This document shows, one piece after another, positions 10,473 through 20,987 of a DNA stretch of 64,000 nt. Location of the stretch: contig CP070751.1 of NCBI GenBank assembly GCA_020348445.1, positions 3,184,341 to 3,248,340 on the forward strand, read 5' to 3'. This stretch comes from Thermoplasmata archaeon (GTDB taxonomy: Archaea; Thermoplasmatota; Thermoplasmata; GCA-020350865). The notes beneath the pieces are model-generated. The model did not search any database and was not told the origin of the DNA. It saw nothing but the letters and a program-made list of their open reading frames with translations. The position numbers and the translations under genes are program-made. Each line of letters starts with the position of its first letter. Within the stretch, counting starts at the first letter, position 1.

Positions 10473-11238
10473 TCTTATTATCCTCTAGTATCTTGCCCAG
10501 TATCGCTTCAACGCCTGTGGCTGCATTTGATTTTTTGGGCAGTAGAAGGAGGCTCTTTCCCTGGGCATTATAACTTTCAACCTCGGTATCTCCAAATATT
10601 ATATATACAGCATCAAATCCTTGTTCATCTGCAAAATTACTATCAATTGTCCCTTCACCTATTACCCTATTTACAATCAATACATATTTTCCGATTTTAA
10701 GTTCCATGGCCTCAGCAAGCTTCTTTATCCTTCCAGCTGTCTCAATCCCTATCTTGGATGCATCAGATACAACGATGAGAACATCCATGGCCTTCGTGGT
10801 TCTCCTACTCAAATGCTCCATTCCAGCCTCGTTGTCTATTACTATGAAATCGTAGTTGTCAGTGAGGGTATCGACATAACTTCTCAGGATGTTGTTGATG
10901 TAGCAGTAACAGCCAGGGCCCTCCTGTCTCCCCATGACAAGGAGATCGAAATTCTCTGATTCAGTAAGAGCCATCCGAACCTGATATTCCACATAATCAT
11001 GTTTTGACATGGACTGGGGTAAAGAGTCAACAGCTTTTACAATATCTTCCCTTAAACTGCCGATTGTATTTTCAATTACCACACCAAGCTTTTGATTCAG
11101 ATTGTAGTTGGGATCTGCATCAACAGCCAGTATAACCCCTAGTTTCTTTTCAATAATTGCCTTGATAAGAAGGGCAGATACCGTGGTCTTTCCCACTCCT
11201 CCCTTGCCTGTAACTCCAATTATAAATGTCAAAATCAT
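10465..11238 (-). CDS. CooC/AcsF-type nickel-insertion ATPase
   Basis: GKGGVGKT, DADP..NL, GPGCYC, DNEAGMEHLSRRT. Confidence 0.92.
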   Translation of the reverse strand: MILTFIIGVTGKGGVGKTTVSALLIKAIIEKKLGVILAVDADPNYNLNQKLGVVIENTIGSLREDIVKAVDSLPQSMSKHDYVEYQVRMALTESENFDLLVMGRQEGPGCYCYINNILRSYVDTLTDNYDFIVIDNEAGMEHLSRRTTKAMDVLIVVSDASKIGIETAGRIKKLAEAMELKIGKYVLIVNRVIGEGTIDSNFADEQGFDAVYIIFGDTEVESYNAQGKSLLLLPKKSNAATGVEAILGKILEDNKNE

Positions 11239-11258
11239 CTACCTCTCGAAGATACTTT

Positions 11259-12299
11259 TCATAATCCATATTTTTCTCTCATTTTTCCTGATACTTCCTT
11301 TAAAATGGGGAATGCTTTTTCGGCAGCGAAAACGGTGGACGGGCCAAGGCCGCATGAGGGTGTAATTATTGAAGAGGAAAGGATTTCATCCAAGGATATG
11401 CCCTTTTCAGAAAGAGTTTTCATGTTGTTTTCAAGACGTTCTGTCAGGCTGTCTGCGCTTTCCTTAGCCAAGTCCTCTTCAAATGTTGGTACGATTCCCC
11501 AGGCAATTATTCCACCAGATTTGATGAAATCTATTACCTTTTCCGAGTACAGAAACAGGTTTTTTGCATATCCATAGGCATCGAAGTTCAACACCTCGAT
11601 GTTTGTATCAAGAACCAAGGACCAGTCCGTGTTTGCACAGCAGTGTATGGCTTTGATTCCTTCTATTCCATCAAGCACCTCGTTCATATGTGCGATTGCC
11701 TTGTTTCTGTCTATGCTTGCAAAGGCCGAACCTATCATGGAAAGATAAGGCTCATCAAGGAATATCATGGTTCTATCACAAAGTCCTTTTAGGGTCCTTT
11801 GCTGCCATCTAGCCAACATCTTGAGATTCTTGATCATCAGGTCCCTGTAAAAATCGTTGTAGTAAATAGGCTTCCGATTCTCATCTGTTACCTGAAAGCC
11901 AAGACTTATGGGACCAGTAATCTGACCTTTGAATAATTTAATATCACCCAGTCTATCCTTCAACTCAAGTATCTCGTACAACCCACGGAAGTAATCCTTC
12001 TGATATGCAAAGTAGTCAACATTCTCAGCCATTATCTGCGATAAGAAATCCTCCATGTCTTTGGGTTCATGGGATGTGTTCAAAAAAACCCGTTTTTTTT
12101 CCTCGTCAATTACAACTCCAGGTAAATTGTATACGAACTGAGCGTACATGTTCTCCTTAAATGAGATATTGGAAAGCTGGGGCCAAAAGGGTATCTCAGA
12201 TAGATTGTTCAATATGAGATCGCAAGCCTCAAGTGAAGATGTGTGAGGCAGGCTTCCTACGCCAGTGGGAAGGCATGATAAATCCGATACCATGTTCAT
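11259..12299 (-). CDS. Core (single-barrel, cobalamin-independent type) methionine synthase
   Basis: GVGSLPH, KGQITGP, DEP, IHCC zinc motif, WGIVPT, TPSCGL. Confidence 0.8.
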   Translation of the reverse strand: MNMVSDLSCLPTGVGSLPHTSSLEACDLILNNLSEIPFWPQLSNISFKENMYAQFVYNLPGVVIDEEKKRVFLNTSHEPKDMEDFLSQIMAENVDYFAYQKDYFRGLYEILELKDRLGDIKLFKGQITGPISLGFQVTDENRKPIYYNDFYRDLMIKNLKMLARWQQRTLKGLCDRTMIFLDEPYLSMIGSAFASIDRNKAIAHMNEVLDGIEGIKAIHCCANTDWSLVLDTNIEVLNFDAYGYAKNLFLYSEKVIDFIKSGGIIAWGIVPTFEEDLAKESADSLTERLENNMKTLSEKGISLDEILSSSIITPSCGLGPSTVFAAEKAFPILKEVSGKMREKYGL

Positions 12300-12471
12300 T
12301 CTCCTTGTGTAATTGCGCAGAAAGAAATGAGCTGGTATAAAGGTTTTGGGAAGAGAAGAATCCCTATTATCGATAAATGGAGGACATATATTTATTTACC
12401 TTCGATATCCAAATAATTGCGTCGAAATTAATATAAATAAAAACAACATACCCTGGATGCGAGGGCTGAAC

Positions 12472-13437
12472 ATGCCGTTCTGTGAGAAATGTGGAACCCA
12501 GATTGCGCCGGATGTTAATGTCTGTCCAAATTGTGGACAGCCGCAGGTAGTTACTCCCGCTGCGGGAGCACCACCCCAACCTCAACCGCAACCCCCACCT
12601 CAACAAATGGCACAACCACCGTATCCCGGACCACCAGGAGGACCTCCCCCAGGGGGACCTGGAGGTCAAATAGGGTACGGAAGAATGAAGATAGATGAGG
12701 CGATTCGACAGCGATCCGAATCCGACAGGTTGATGACCCCTCTTTGGGCATTGGCTCCGTTGATAGCTTGGATAGTTATGGTAGCTGTCATTTTCCTTAT
12801 TTTAATTGCAGCCTATTCAGGTATCGATGTAGATGATACCGAAGAAGCAGAGAAAGCCGGTGAAGATTTTCTTTGGGCATTTGTAATTACGGTTGCGGTG
12901 GGATTCGCGGTTTTTGCCGCAGTTGTACTCTATCCCTGGTATTTAATGATCAAGCGTAGAACAACCCATTTTCAAAGGGAGCGTCATTTAAGAGAGGGTA
13001 TCATCGAACTTATCGGTGAAAAGGGCGCACAAGGCGTTCCAGTATCCACAGAAATGGCCACTTTAAATAGCCTTCATGCCGAGGCCAACTCGGACGAGGT
13101 TGAAAGAAGCCCGATTCTCAATATCATTATCATGATCATACTTCCTTGGGTCGGAGCCATGTATGTTCTCTATTTCCTAATGAAAGACATCTTCAAGCAC
13201 CACAACAGGGATATCGCGATTATGCAACAGACCCAGGCCGTTGCACAGAAAATGGGACGGGCTGTTGTGGTTCCTTCCTGGCAATCCCTTCCGCCAAGGA
13301 ATTTCGGGGTATATCTGATTCTCTCATGCTGCATTCCGTTATTTGGAATTTATTGGCAGTGGGTTATTATCAAGGACTACAACGACCACTTCCAGACACA
13401 ATGGAGATTCGAGGACCAACTTCACGTGTTATACTAA
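12472..13437 (+). CDS. Zinc-ribbon, Pro-rich, DUF4234-like membrane protein
   Basis: MPFCEKC..CPNC start at ATG 12472, Pro/Gln/Gly linker, three TM-hairpin units each ending in an H-containing amphipathic helix. Confidence 0.75.
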   Translation: MPFCEKCGTQIAPDVNVCPNCGQPQVVTPAAGAPPQPQPQPPPQQMAQPPYPGPPGGPPPGGPGGQIGYGRMKIDEAIRQRSESDRLMTPLWALAPLIAWIVMVAVIFLILIAAYSGIDVDDTEEAEKAGEDFLWAFVITVAVGFAVFAAVVLYPWYLMIKRRTTHFQRERHLREGIIELIGEKGAQGVPVSTEMATLNSLHAEANSDEVERSPILNIIIMIILPWVGAMYVLYFLMKDIFKHHNRDIAIMQQTQAVAQKMGRAVVVPSWQSLPPRNFGVYLILSCCIPLFGIYWQWVIIKDYNDHFQTQWRFEDQLHVLY

Positions 13438-13457
13438 GAAAAATATAGAGGTAGATT

Positions 13458-14900
13458 ATGTATCCTCAATCCCCCTATCCCGTTTCATCGCAATTTGGGG
13501 GAACTTATGCACCATATGTTAGTCCCAAAAGACCAATTGTCATTCCGTTTCTCTCCAATGGATTCCTATTTGTCCAATCTATAACAATACTGCTTTCTGT
13601 CTTGGCAGGAATGACCCTATTCTTTTACAATTTCTCTTTCTGGCAGGTAATGTTAATTTGGATCATCATAGGAACGGTGAACATCCTAAACCTACCTTTT
13701 CTTATAGGGTCATGGGAGAAGCTCGACGAGCACTATGAAACAGAACTTCAATATGTAGTGTCTCTTCTCGATAAAATTAAAAAAGAGCACATGTATCGCT
13801 CGCAAAATCGTGGAGGATGGGATTCATATTATGGTGACATCGCTGGTATTCAATTTCAGATCAGCCCACTTCTGAACCGACAGCGCATTCCAAAAGAAAT
13901 GAAATATATCATTACCCTTTTGTTCATTACCCCGATTTGGCCTGTGGCTTTCTACCTTATCCATCATAAGATGATGGCGGAATTGAGGAAACATGATCAT
14001 GTCCTAAATGAGGTATATAGAGAGCTTGAATCTGCAGGCCGGAATCTTGGATTAGAAATCATCACACCCTATATGGCCCACGGAACAGTAACTAAAAACC
14101 GCGAACTTTATTTATACGGCTTCATTGCCGCATTCTGTATCATCGGCTATCTTCTTGTCTTCTATCATCCCAGCTCAGGTTTCTTTGGACTTTTCTGGTC
14201 TTACATGCTAATAAGGGATGTTAATGATCATTCCCAAAGACATTTGGATAAAATCGAGGTATACAGGGAATACGACTTGCACGTATCGGTGCAAAATTCT
14301 ATCTCTACTAAAGAAATAGGTAACCTATCAAATCTAGACATACAATCGAGGACTCAAATCCTTCAACCTTACCGTAGCACAGGTTATTCTCCTATGTTGC
14401 TTTATATCGTTTTCGTGACGGGGGCAACCTCAGGATTTATTGCAATGTTTACAAATACAATATACATGCTCTTGGGTTTTCCAATAGGTTTGTTTTCTGT
14501 TAATTTGTTTTTATTATTTGTTGTAACAATTATAGCACCCGTTGTGGAGGAGAGCAGTAAAATATTCGCACTATGGATCCTAAAAACAGAAGAGGAGACC
14601 AGATTCAGAACTATCCATTGGGTTCTAATGGGGGTTGTTGCAGGTTTAGGTTTTGCCATTTTGGAGGATTACGCCTATTTTCAATCATTTTGGATCCAAT
14701 ACTCCCCTCACGGCTCCTACCTAATACTCTTGATGCGCCTATCATTTCCTGTCCATCTTTTAGCCAGTGCCACAGCTGGGTTCGGAGTCGCGGAATGGAA
14801 ACGAACAGATAATCCACGTCTTTTCATCTTCTGGCTCATTGTAGCCATGTTCATCCACGGAACTTATAATCTATTGGTTACAATTGGGGTGAGTCAATGA
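13458..14900 (+). CDS. PrsW-family intramembrane metalloprotease with N-terminal DUF4234-like repeats
   Basis: APVVEESSK, GLGFAILED, PVH, HGTYN PrsW motifs in the C-terminal ~170 aa. Confidence 0.85.
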   Translation: MYPQSPYPVSSQFGGTYAPYVSPKRPIVIPFLSNGFLFVQSITILLSVLAGMTLFFYNFSFWQVMLIWIIIGTVNILNLPFLIGSWEKLDEHYETELQYVVSLLDKIKKEHMYRSQNRGGWDSYYGDIAGIQFQISPLLNRQRIPKEMKYIITLLFITPIWPVAFYLIHHKMMAELRKHDHVLNEVYRELESAGRNLGLEIITPYMAHGTVTKNRELYLYGFIAAFCIIGYLLVFYHPSSGFFGLFWSYMLIRDVNDHSQRHLDKIEVYREYDLHVSVQNSISTKEIGNLSNLDIQSRTQILQPYRSTGYSPMLLYIVFVTGATSGFIAMFTNTIYMLLGFPIGLFSVNLFLLFVVTIIAPVVEESSKIFALWILKTEEETRFRTIHWVLMGVVAGLGFAILEDYAYFQSFWIQYSPHGSYLILLMRLSFPVHLLASATAGFGVAEWKRTDNPRLFIFWLIVAMFIHGTYNLLVTIGVSQ

Positions 14901-15145
14901 TGTTCAAATCATCCAGCTTTCGGGAGCTTGCCAAGGTTTGGTCTGTTCTGTTCCTATGGTACGGAATCGGATGGATGTTGTTTCCCACATTGTTGGATAT
15001 GGTGGCCGAGGAGATAGGAGAGAGCTTGAAACTAACGTATCCGGCTCTTCCCTGGGTCATGGCAGCCATTTGTTTTGTCATGGCAGGTTTATCTTTTTTC
15101 TTGATCTTATATCTGCCAAAAGAAGAGAGGGGTGAAGATCAATAA
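14897..15145 (+). CDS. Small two-TM membrane protein
   Basis: ATGA overlap with the PrsW gene; two hydrophobic helices. Confidence 0.65.
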   Translation: MMFKSSSFRELAKVWSVLFLWYGIGWMLFPTLLDMVAEEIGESLKLTYPALPWVMAAICFVMAGLSFFLILYLPKEERGEDQ

Positions 15146-15219
15146 ATCCCCTTAGATTTAATTAACGTGCTCGTATATTACGCTTTATACGGATACAAAC
15201 AGATTCGGGGGCTTCTTTA

Positions 15220-15747
15220 TTGACGAAAAAGGAAGAAATCCATGATTTCCGGTCATTTTTGGGGAATATGAAACCGATTCTCCTATCACATCATCCACCT
15301 TGCCCCCAATTTGAGAACGATGTATATCGCATTGGAGATAGGAGATATTGCCTTGGTTGCTTTACGTCTTACCCTATCGCAATTATCAATGTACTACTTG
15401 GAATATTTGGAGTGATAAGCCTCATAACCTTCCATTATATCATTCTTGGAATACTATGTGGGTCATTTCAGTTTATCAGCCTTTTGCACAGATCAAAAAA
15501 GAAGGGGGAAAAGGTGGTAATTAAAACCTTACTGGGTCTTGGCTTTGGTTTCACAACCCTGGGAATATTCTCCTTGCCTTTTCATTGGACTTTCAATACA
15601 ATGATATTTATTATCTGTGTTTGGATTGCAGGCTCCCTTTCATTTATCAGAGTTAAAAGGATGATCAAGGTATGCGATGATTGCAAAGAAACAAGTTCCA
15701 TTGCAGATTGTACATATCTAAAAGAAATTGGTGTGTTTCAGAAATGA
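15220..15747 (+). CDS. Cys/His-containing membrane protein (DUF2085-like)
   Basis: HHPPC...YCLGC motif, four TM helices, C-terminal CDDC...C. Confidence 0.6.
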   Translation: MTKKEEIHDFRSFLGNMKPILLSHHPPCPQFENDVYRIGDRRYCLGCFTSYPIAIINVLLGIFGVISLITFHYIILGILCGSFQFISLLHRSKKKGEKVVIKTLLGLGFGFTTLGIFSLPFHWTFNTMIFIICVWIAGSLSFIRVKRMIKVCDDCKETSSIADCTYLKEIGVFQK

Positions 15748-15749
15748 GC

Positions 15750-16424
15750 CTATATCAATCCGCTAATCAGATCCCTTGTCGCGGCTTCCACGTCTTTTGC
15801 TTTTACGATACCCGAAGCCAGTAAAATTCCTTCCGAACCAAGTTCCAATGCCTTTTTCACATCCTCGCCATTTTTAACTCCTGCACCACAGAGCACCTTC
15901 ACATTTGGTGATACCGCCTTTACCGCATCCACAGTTTTCGAAACGAGTTCAGGCTGTGCCTTGGAGACTGAAATATCCCCTCCGATGAGCTCAGGAGGCT
16001 CCACTGCCACGAAGTCTGGGGAAAGAACAGATGCTGCCCTGGATGTCTCTAAGTTGTTTGTACACACGCATGTAACAAGGCCAACTTCTTTGGCCCTCCT
16101 CACGCATTCTTCAATATCTGCCAGCCTTAACCTATGTTCAGAATGATTTATCAAGGTTCCCACGGCACCAGCTTCCTTTACAGCTTCAGGAAGGATATAC
16201 CCGGTATGACTTCCAAAACCAATTGGATCGATGTGCTGTGAAAAGACAGGAAGAGTACATTCCTTTGCAATAACAGCAATATCTGTAGGACACACTGCAA
16301 TCCCAACGTTTGCCTTTGTATCCTCGGCTACCTTTTGTAGCATCCTCGTGAGTTCGAGAGCATTTTTTCCATATCCTTTCTCGTATGTTTTGTAATTCAC
16401 GATAATAATGGGTGTGGCGATCAT
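15750..16424 (-). CDS. tpiA: Triosephosphate isomerase, archaeal type
   Basis: VNYKTY, NHSEHR, AVEPPELIGG, CGAGV, LASG. Confidence 0.97.
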   Translation of the reverse strand: MIATPIIIVNYKTYEKGYGKNALELTRMLQKVAEDTKANVGIAVCPTDIAVIAKECTLPVFSQHIDPIGFGSHTGYILPEAVKEAGAVGTLINHSEHRLRLADIEECVRRAKEVGLVTCVCTNNLETSRAASVLSPDFVAVEPPELIGGDISVSKAQPELVSKTVDAVKAVSPNVKVLCGAGVKNGEDVKKALELGSEGILLASGIVKAKDVEAATRDLISGLI

Positions 16425-16588
16425 CTCAATCCCAAGTGGAAATGAAGTTAGGATAGTTAAAGGTTTATGGTTCATATGGATCCTTTTTCATTCCCTTCTA
16501 TCTTCTACTATATTTTAAGTACAAATGTGGATGAAAAATCCTTTATCAAATTTCTTTATTAAGAGAAAAAAAATAATTCGCTTCTTAT

Positions 16589-18124
16589 CTATTCAGGTTC
16601 AACCTCGACAATCTCCCCATCTCGACTATCACTCTCGGCAAGTGGCTTCTCATTAATCCAATCGTTCAAACGGATCAAGATAGCTAAAGCTACTCCCCAC
16701 TGCAGGACGATGGTGGCAAAACCCTCTGGCTCAAGAGGATTCCACCAAGAATCGGGGTGAAGAGATATGGATTGTGAGAAGAACCACAACATCAAGAATC
16801 CGAACTGTAAAGGAAACAGATACATTATGTAAACCCACCATTTCCCAATATACAGGTCGTTCCACTCGGTGTTTACGAGAGTCTCCCTGAAATGATCAAT
16901 GCCGTACTTCAATACGGCAAAGAAGACGAACATACCACTGACTATAAGCCCAAAGGACCAAACGTGATCCTGGTTTTTAAAGGCCGCGGGAATTCCACCC
17001 TCCAAGACAATTAATGCTGAGGGCAATCCAAATATGAAAATACATGAAGAGGTAACTGTCAAGGATTTATTTCTGCTCCAGCCGTGGTCCATGAAATTCC
17101 TAACAGTTATCTCAAAACCTGATATCATGGATGTGATTGCAGCAAATGCCATGGCCAAGAAGAAAACTCCTGCTATCACCAACCCGCCTGGCATCATGGT
17201 AAAGAGCCTAGTAAGGTGAATGAAGGCCAATCCCTCGTTTCCTGATTTCATGACCCCAATTGCTTCAACATTTGTGGACGATAGAGCAAAGACCGTGCAT
17301 ATTACCGCAATTCCTGCAATGAGCGAGGCAGCATTGTTTCCAAGGCCTGCGATCACCGCATTTAAGGTGGTATCTTCCTTTCTCCTCATATAGACAGCAT
17401 AGGTTATGGCCATTCCAAAACCCGCACTCGTGGAAAAAGCACTTTGACTCAGGGCTGAAACCCAGGTTTCGGCTCTGCCAAGGTGTTCGGGTCTTACAAT
17501 GAACATGTACTTCAATCCATTAAGGGCTCCCGGGAGAGAAAGCGCCCATAAGGCAGCAATTATCAGAAGTACGAACATCGAAGGTATCAATATCTTGTTT
17601 GTTCGCTCGATTCCCTTGGCAATTCCCTTATACACCACGAATGTGGAAATCCCGATGGCCATAAGCTGGAAGAAAACAACCTGGCCTGGAGATGTGATGA
17701 AACCTTCCCACATAGCCTCCGTATCCACTCCCGCCTTAAGTTCCCCTGAAAATGCAACTGTGAAGTACTTTAAAACCCATCCCATGACCACGGCATAATA
17801 GAACATGATTATGATGTTGACAAGCATCATCCAGGCGCCCATCCAGGCGTATTTCTTACCTGCGAACTTTTTAAAGGCGCCAATGGTCCCGAACCTGGTA
17901 TTCTTGCCAATGGTGAACTCGGCAATAAGAAGTGGAATTGACCAGGAGAACAAGAACAAAAGCCAGGGTATCATGAAAGCCCCGCCGCCGTTCACAGCCG
18001 TCTCCCTTGGGAACCTCCAGATATTTCCTGTTCCAATAGCCGCTCCCATGGCAGCGAAAATAAGCCCCCATCTCGAACCCCATTGTTCCTTTGCCTGCTT
18101 CCCCTCGACCATCGGTTCACCCAA
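16589..18124 (-). CDS. Sodium-dependent NSS/SNF family amino acid transporter
   Basis: WGSRWG...GAAIGTGNIWRFP...NGGGAF signature; about 12 TM. Confidence 0.93.
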   Translation of the reverse strand: MGEPMVEGKQAKEQWGSRWGLIFAAMGAAIGTGNIWRFPRETAVNGGGAFMIPWLLFLFSWSIPLLIAEFTIGKNTRFGTIGAFKKFAGKKYAWMGAWMMLVNIIIMFYYAVVMGWVLKYFTVAFSGELKAGVDTEAMWEGFITSPGQVVFFQLMAIGISTFVVYKGIAKGIERTNKILIPSMFVLLIIAALWALSLPGALNGLKYMFIVRPEHLGRAETWVSALSQSAFSTSAGFGMAITYAVYMRRKEDTTLNAVIAGLGNNAASLIAGIAVICTVFALSSTNVEAIGVMKSGNEGLAFIHLTRLFTMMPGGLVIAGVFFLAMAFAAITSMISGFEITVRNFMDHGWSRNKSLTVTSSCIFIFGLPSALIVLEGGIPAAFKNQDHVWSFGLIVSGMFVFFAVLKYGIDHFRETLVNTEWNDLYIGKWWVYIMYLFPLQFGFLMLWFFSQSISLHPDSWWNPLEPEGFATIVLQWGVALAILIRLNDWINEKPLAESDSRDGEIVEVEPE

Positions 18125-18136
18125 AAAGATGTGAAA

Positions 18137-20017
18137 TTACGCCCTGCTTTTCCTCTTCTCTGCATCTATCGCCATCTTAAGTGATTTCCCCAGTCCTGTG
18201 TAGATGATTCCGAATATAAAAGCCATCATCATTACCATGGCAGCTATGGCCCCAAAGGTGTCGCCAAGGCTGATGTCTACGAAATATGAATATGGATCAT
18301 GCTGGCCATATTTGGGTGAAAATACATAAATAATACCATCTTGGCTCACAGCCTCAATATAATTTGCTTTGGCTTCGAAATAATAGTAGACATGATTGCC
18401 TCCACTTTGGCGGGGGATGGTGGCTCTATAATGATTGCTATCCCTTTCTTTCATTGGCATTTTTTTCCACTCAGCTGATTCGCCCACCTTGTAATATAAA
18501 TAAATAGAACCCTTTTCCAGATTTTCGATATTTGATACCTCAACATCTACAGTGTAGGTAAAATCAGAATTTGTGATTCTTTTCTTTTGGGTATGGTTTA
18601 TCATTGGTAAAGAGATGTCCAGAGAATCTATGTATCTCTCCCTTGCCACCTCTATCATGGGAGCCATCTCAGTAAGATAAAGTTGGGAAGGTAGGATCAT
18701 CATGCTTATGTTTATTATGTTAGCTTCTTCAACCTTGTAACCGTCATCATCGTTTCCAAGTTCAAACGTATAAACCATGATATTATGGGAACCGTAAAGC
18801 CAATCGTCGAGATCGCCGCTTGTGGGGTAAAGATCGACACCCTGAATAACCTCGTAACCATTTGATTCTGACATTTCATTGCCCAAATATTGAAACAGGC
18901 CGTCATTGGGTGTCGGTTCAGAATCAAATCCCCAAGGATAGAGTATCATCTCTCCAAAACAGTGATAGGATATCGCAGTTATGACATCTGTCTTGTCATC
19001 ATTATTCCAGTCCAATAATTCCACAAGATTGCTTATTGCCAAGGTTTCCGGTTCTGATAATCCTCCGTCCGGGTCTTCATCTATATTACCGTCATTGTCG
19101 TCGTCTCTACCGTTCACGGGATCCTCATCAACGTTGTTGGGGTCGTTTATCCACCTGAATATCCCAGGCCGGTATTCTTCCCGAATCCAGCTATCACCAT
19201 CATCGTCATATCCGTCCTTTGGCCCCCTGTATTCACTTGCTTGGGGATTTGGTGTGTCCATGGTCTGTCCGGTCTGGGGATCGTAGGGACTTCCCCACAT
19301 GTATGGGTAATTTCTATTGGTATTCACACCACTTGTGGGAACATTCTCCCCATATAGGCCTGGAACCGTATCCCTCCCATTCTTCCTTGTATCTGCTACA
19401 ACTCCGTCAGGATTTTGCATAGGCACAATCCATATCTCCCTATTGTCCACAAGCCATGTTACTCTACCCTCGATTTCGTCCTCATCCACCTCCCCATCAC
19501 CATCATTATCGACACCGTCAACTGTATCCTCATTTACTTGGCCATCATTATCATTATCAGTGGGTGGCTTACCATAATTCTCAGCAAGATAGAACAGATA
19601 GTACAATGACACCTCAAATGATGTCCATTCATTACCGTGATGTGCCCCCATTAACAAGATAACTGGCTCGCTGGGATCACTGTAATAATCAGGTTCTCTA
19701 TCTACCCCGTCCGATACCTTAACGGCCCATACCTTATGCCCATCCCATGTCTCGCTTGGAATTCCTTTTCTGTTCTCGTCGATGGTTGCGGTGAGGTCGT
19801 ATACCTTCACTATTTCCGGATGGTTGGCCTCAAGATGGCCAAACGCCTCCATCATGGAGTTATATGTGAAATACTCCTGAAAATATTCATCAAAACCATT
19901 TTCATTTTGTTTATTGTCAACATCTCTTGATTCGTAAGCTGTCGCATCTGCCGTATTCGCGAGGGCAATAAGAATCACCAGTATCGCTAAACCACGCCTA
20001 ATCATGGGTCTCAACAT
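18137..20017 (-). CDS. Membrane-anchored M14 zinc carboxypeptidase with acidic Ca-binding inserts
   Basis: Signal peptide, HHGNE, NRN, YH, TFE catalytic motifs, C-terminal TM helix. Confidence 0.9.
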   Translation of the reverse strand: MLRPMIRRGLAILVILIALANTADATAYESRDVDNKQNENGFDEYFQEYFTYNSMMEAFGHLEANHPEIVKVYDLTATIDENRKGIPSETWDGHKVWAVKVSDGVDREPDYYSDPSEPVILLMGAHHGNEWTSFEVSLYYLFYLAENYGKPPTDNDNDGQVNEDTVDGVDNDGDGEVDEDEIEGRVTWLVDNREIWIVPMQNPDGVVADTRKNGRDTVPGLYGENVPTSGVNTNRNYPYMWGSPYDPQTGQTMDTPNPQASEYRGPKDGYDDDGDSWIREEYRPGIFRWINDPNNVDEDPVNGRDDDNDGNIDEDPDGGLSEPETLAISNLVELLDWNNDDKTDVITAISYHCFGEMILYPWGFDSEPTPNDGLFQYLGNEMSESNGYEVIQGVDLYPTSGDLDDWLYGSHNIMVYTFELGNDDDGYKVEEANIINISMMILPSQLYLTEMAPMIEVARERYIDSLDISLPMINHTQKKRITNSDFTYTVDVEVSNIENLEKGSIYLYYKVGESAEWKKMPMKERDSNHYRATIPRQSGGNHVYYYFEAKANYIEAVSQDGIIYVFSPKYGQHDPYSYFVDISLGDTFGAIAAMVMMMAFIFGIIYTGLGKSLKMAIDAEKRKSRA

Positions 20018-20159
20018 GGTATTACGTTACCTATGCTATAACTTTTTGCATGGAGTTTAACGAATTCTGGAATAAAATTTCAATGGATTTTTATCTCCGG
20101 CACAAGAGGTTTCAATATTAATCCTCACACTGTTAATTTAACCAACAACAAAATACACT

Positions 20160-20894
20160 TCAAACCCAGGGTCTTGCCAAATCCCAATAATAATCGAATA
20201 TCGCTCTCACCCATGACCGGAATGATTCGTCCTCACCTACAATTCCCATACTGTAGTCCACTTTTCCATCCAAATCCCGCAACGCCACCCCCGCGATTTT
20301 ATCGTTCATCTTCAGTCCGCACGGTACCTCTTTTAGGGTTTTTATTTCGAAGCTCTCATCGATTCTGTTTTCATATTCGGGGGGAAGTTGAATATCTTTT
20401 GGATATATCTTTTTGAAAACCACGCCCTCATCATTTTTTTTACAGTCGATAGGGACCAACGCCCTCATCATTTCATCCGACATCACGTACACGTATTTTT
20501 TAGCATTAACGCTTGCTTCTTTTATAGCTGACGATGTTTCCAGTGTGCCTGAACTGAAACCGCCTTTTGCCATGGAGTTGAACCAGTGTAAATGATCAGG
20601 GAGCTGTGAAAGATCATGATTCAGAAAATAATCGACATTTTTAAGGAGAAAATCGAAGTTGGATACCTCGGTAAGAGTTATTGTGGCAAACGTTGTGAGG
20701 TTATAACTGCTCTCACTGTCCCTTTCAATCAACCTTGCGTTTCCCAGCCTGTCCAAATGCCTTGAAACCTCTGCAGTAGTTATATCCAGCTTCTTTGATA
20801 GATGTGAAAGTCGCATGGGTTTTTCCTTGAGCATATTTAGGATTTTCAATCGCTCAGGATGCGATAGCTCAAACATGAGTTTATGACTTTCCAT
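20160..20894 (-). CDS. ArsR-type wHTH regulator with C-terminal DUF1724-like domain
   Basis: ELSHPERLKIL..L..EVSRHL wHTH; WVRAIFDYYW end. Confidence 0.8.
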   Translation of the reverse strand: MESHKLMFELSHPERLKILNMLKEKPMRLSHLSKKLDITTAEVSRHLDRLGNARLIERDSESSYNLTTFATITLTEVSNFDFLLKNVDYFLNHDLSQLPDHLHWFNSMAKGGFSSGTLETSSAIKEASVNAKKYVYVMSDEMMRALVPIDCKKNDEGVVFKKIYPKDIQLPPEYENRIDESFEIKTLKEVPCGLKMNDKIAGVALRDLDGKVDYSMGIVGEDESFRSWVRAIFDYYWDLARPWV

Positions 20895-20987
20895 GAACTA
20901 ACCCCTAATTAGTTATGGTCTCCCCAGGTTATTGGTAACGGTTTTTATACATATATAAATTTATCTCTCGAAATTAGGGCTTTTACT

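Noticed and set aside
12346-12471. Track N-terminal extension of the zinc-ribbon protein
   Set aside because: AT-rich promoter-like DNA; the zinc ribbon starts at ATG 12472
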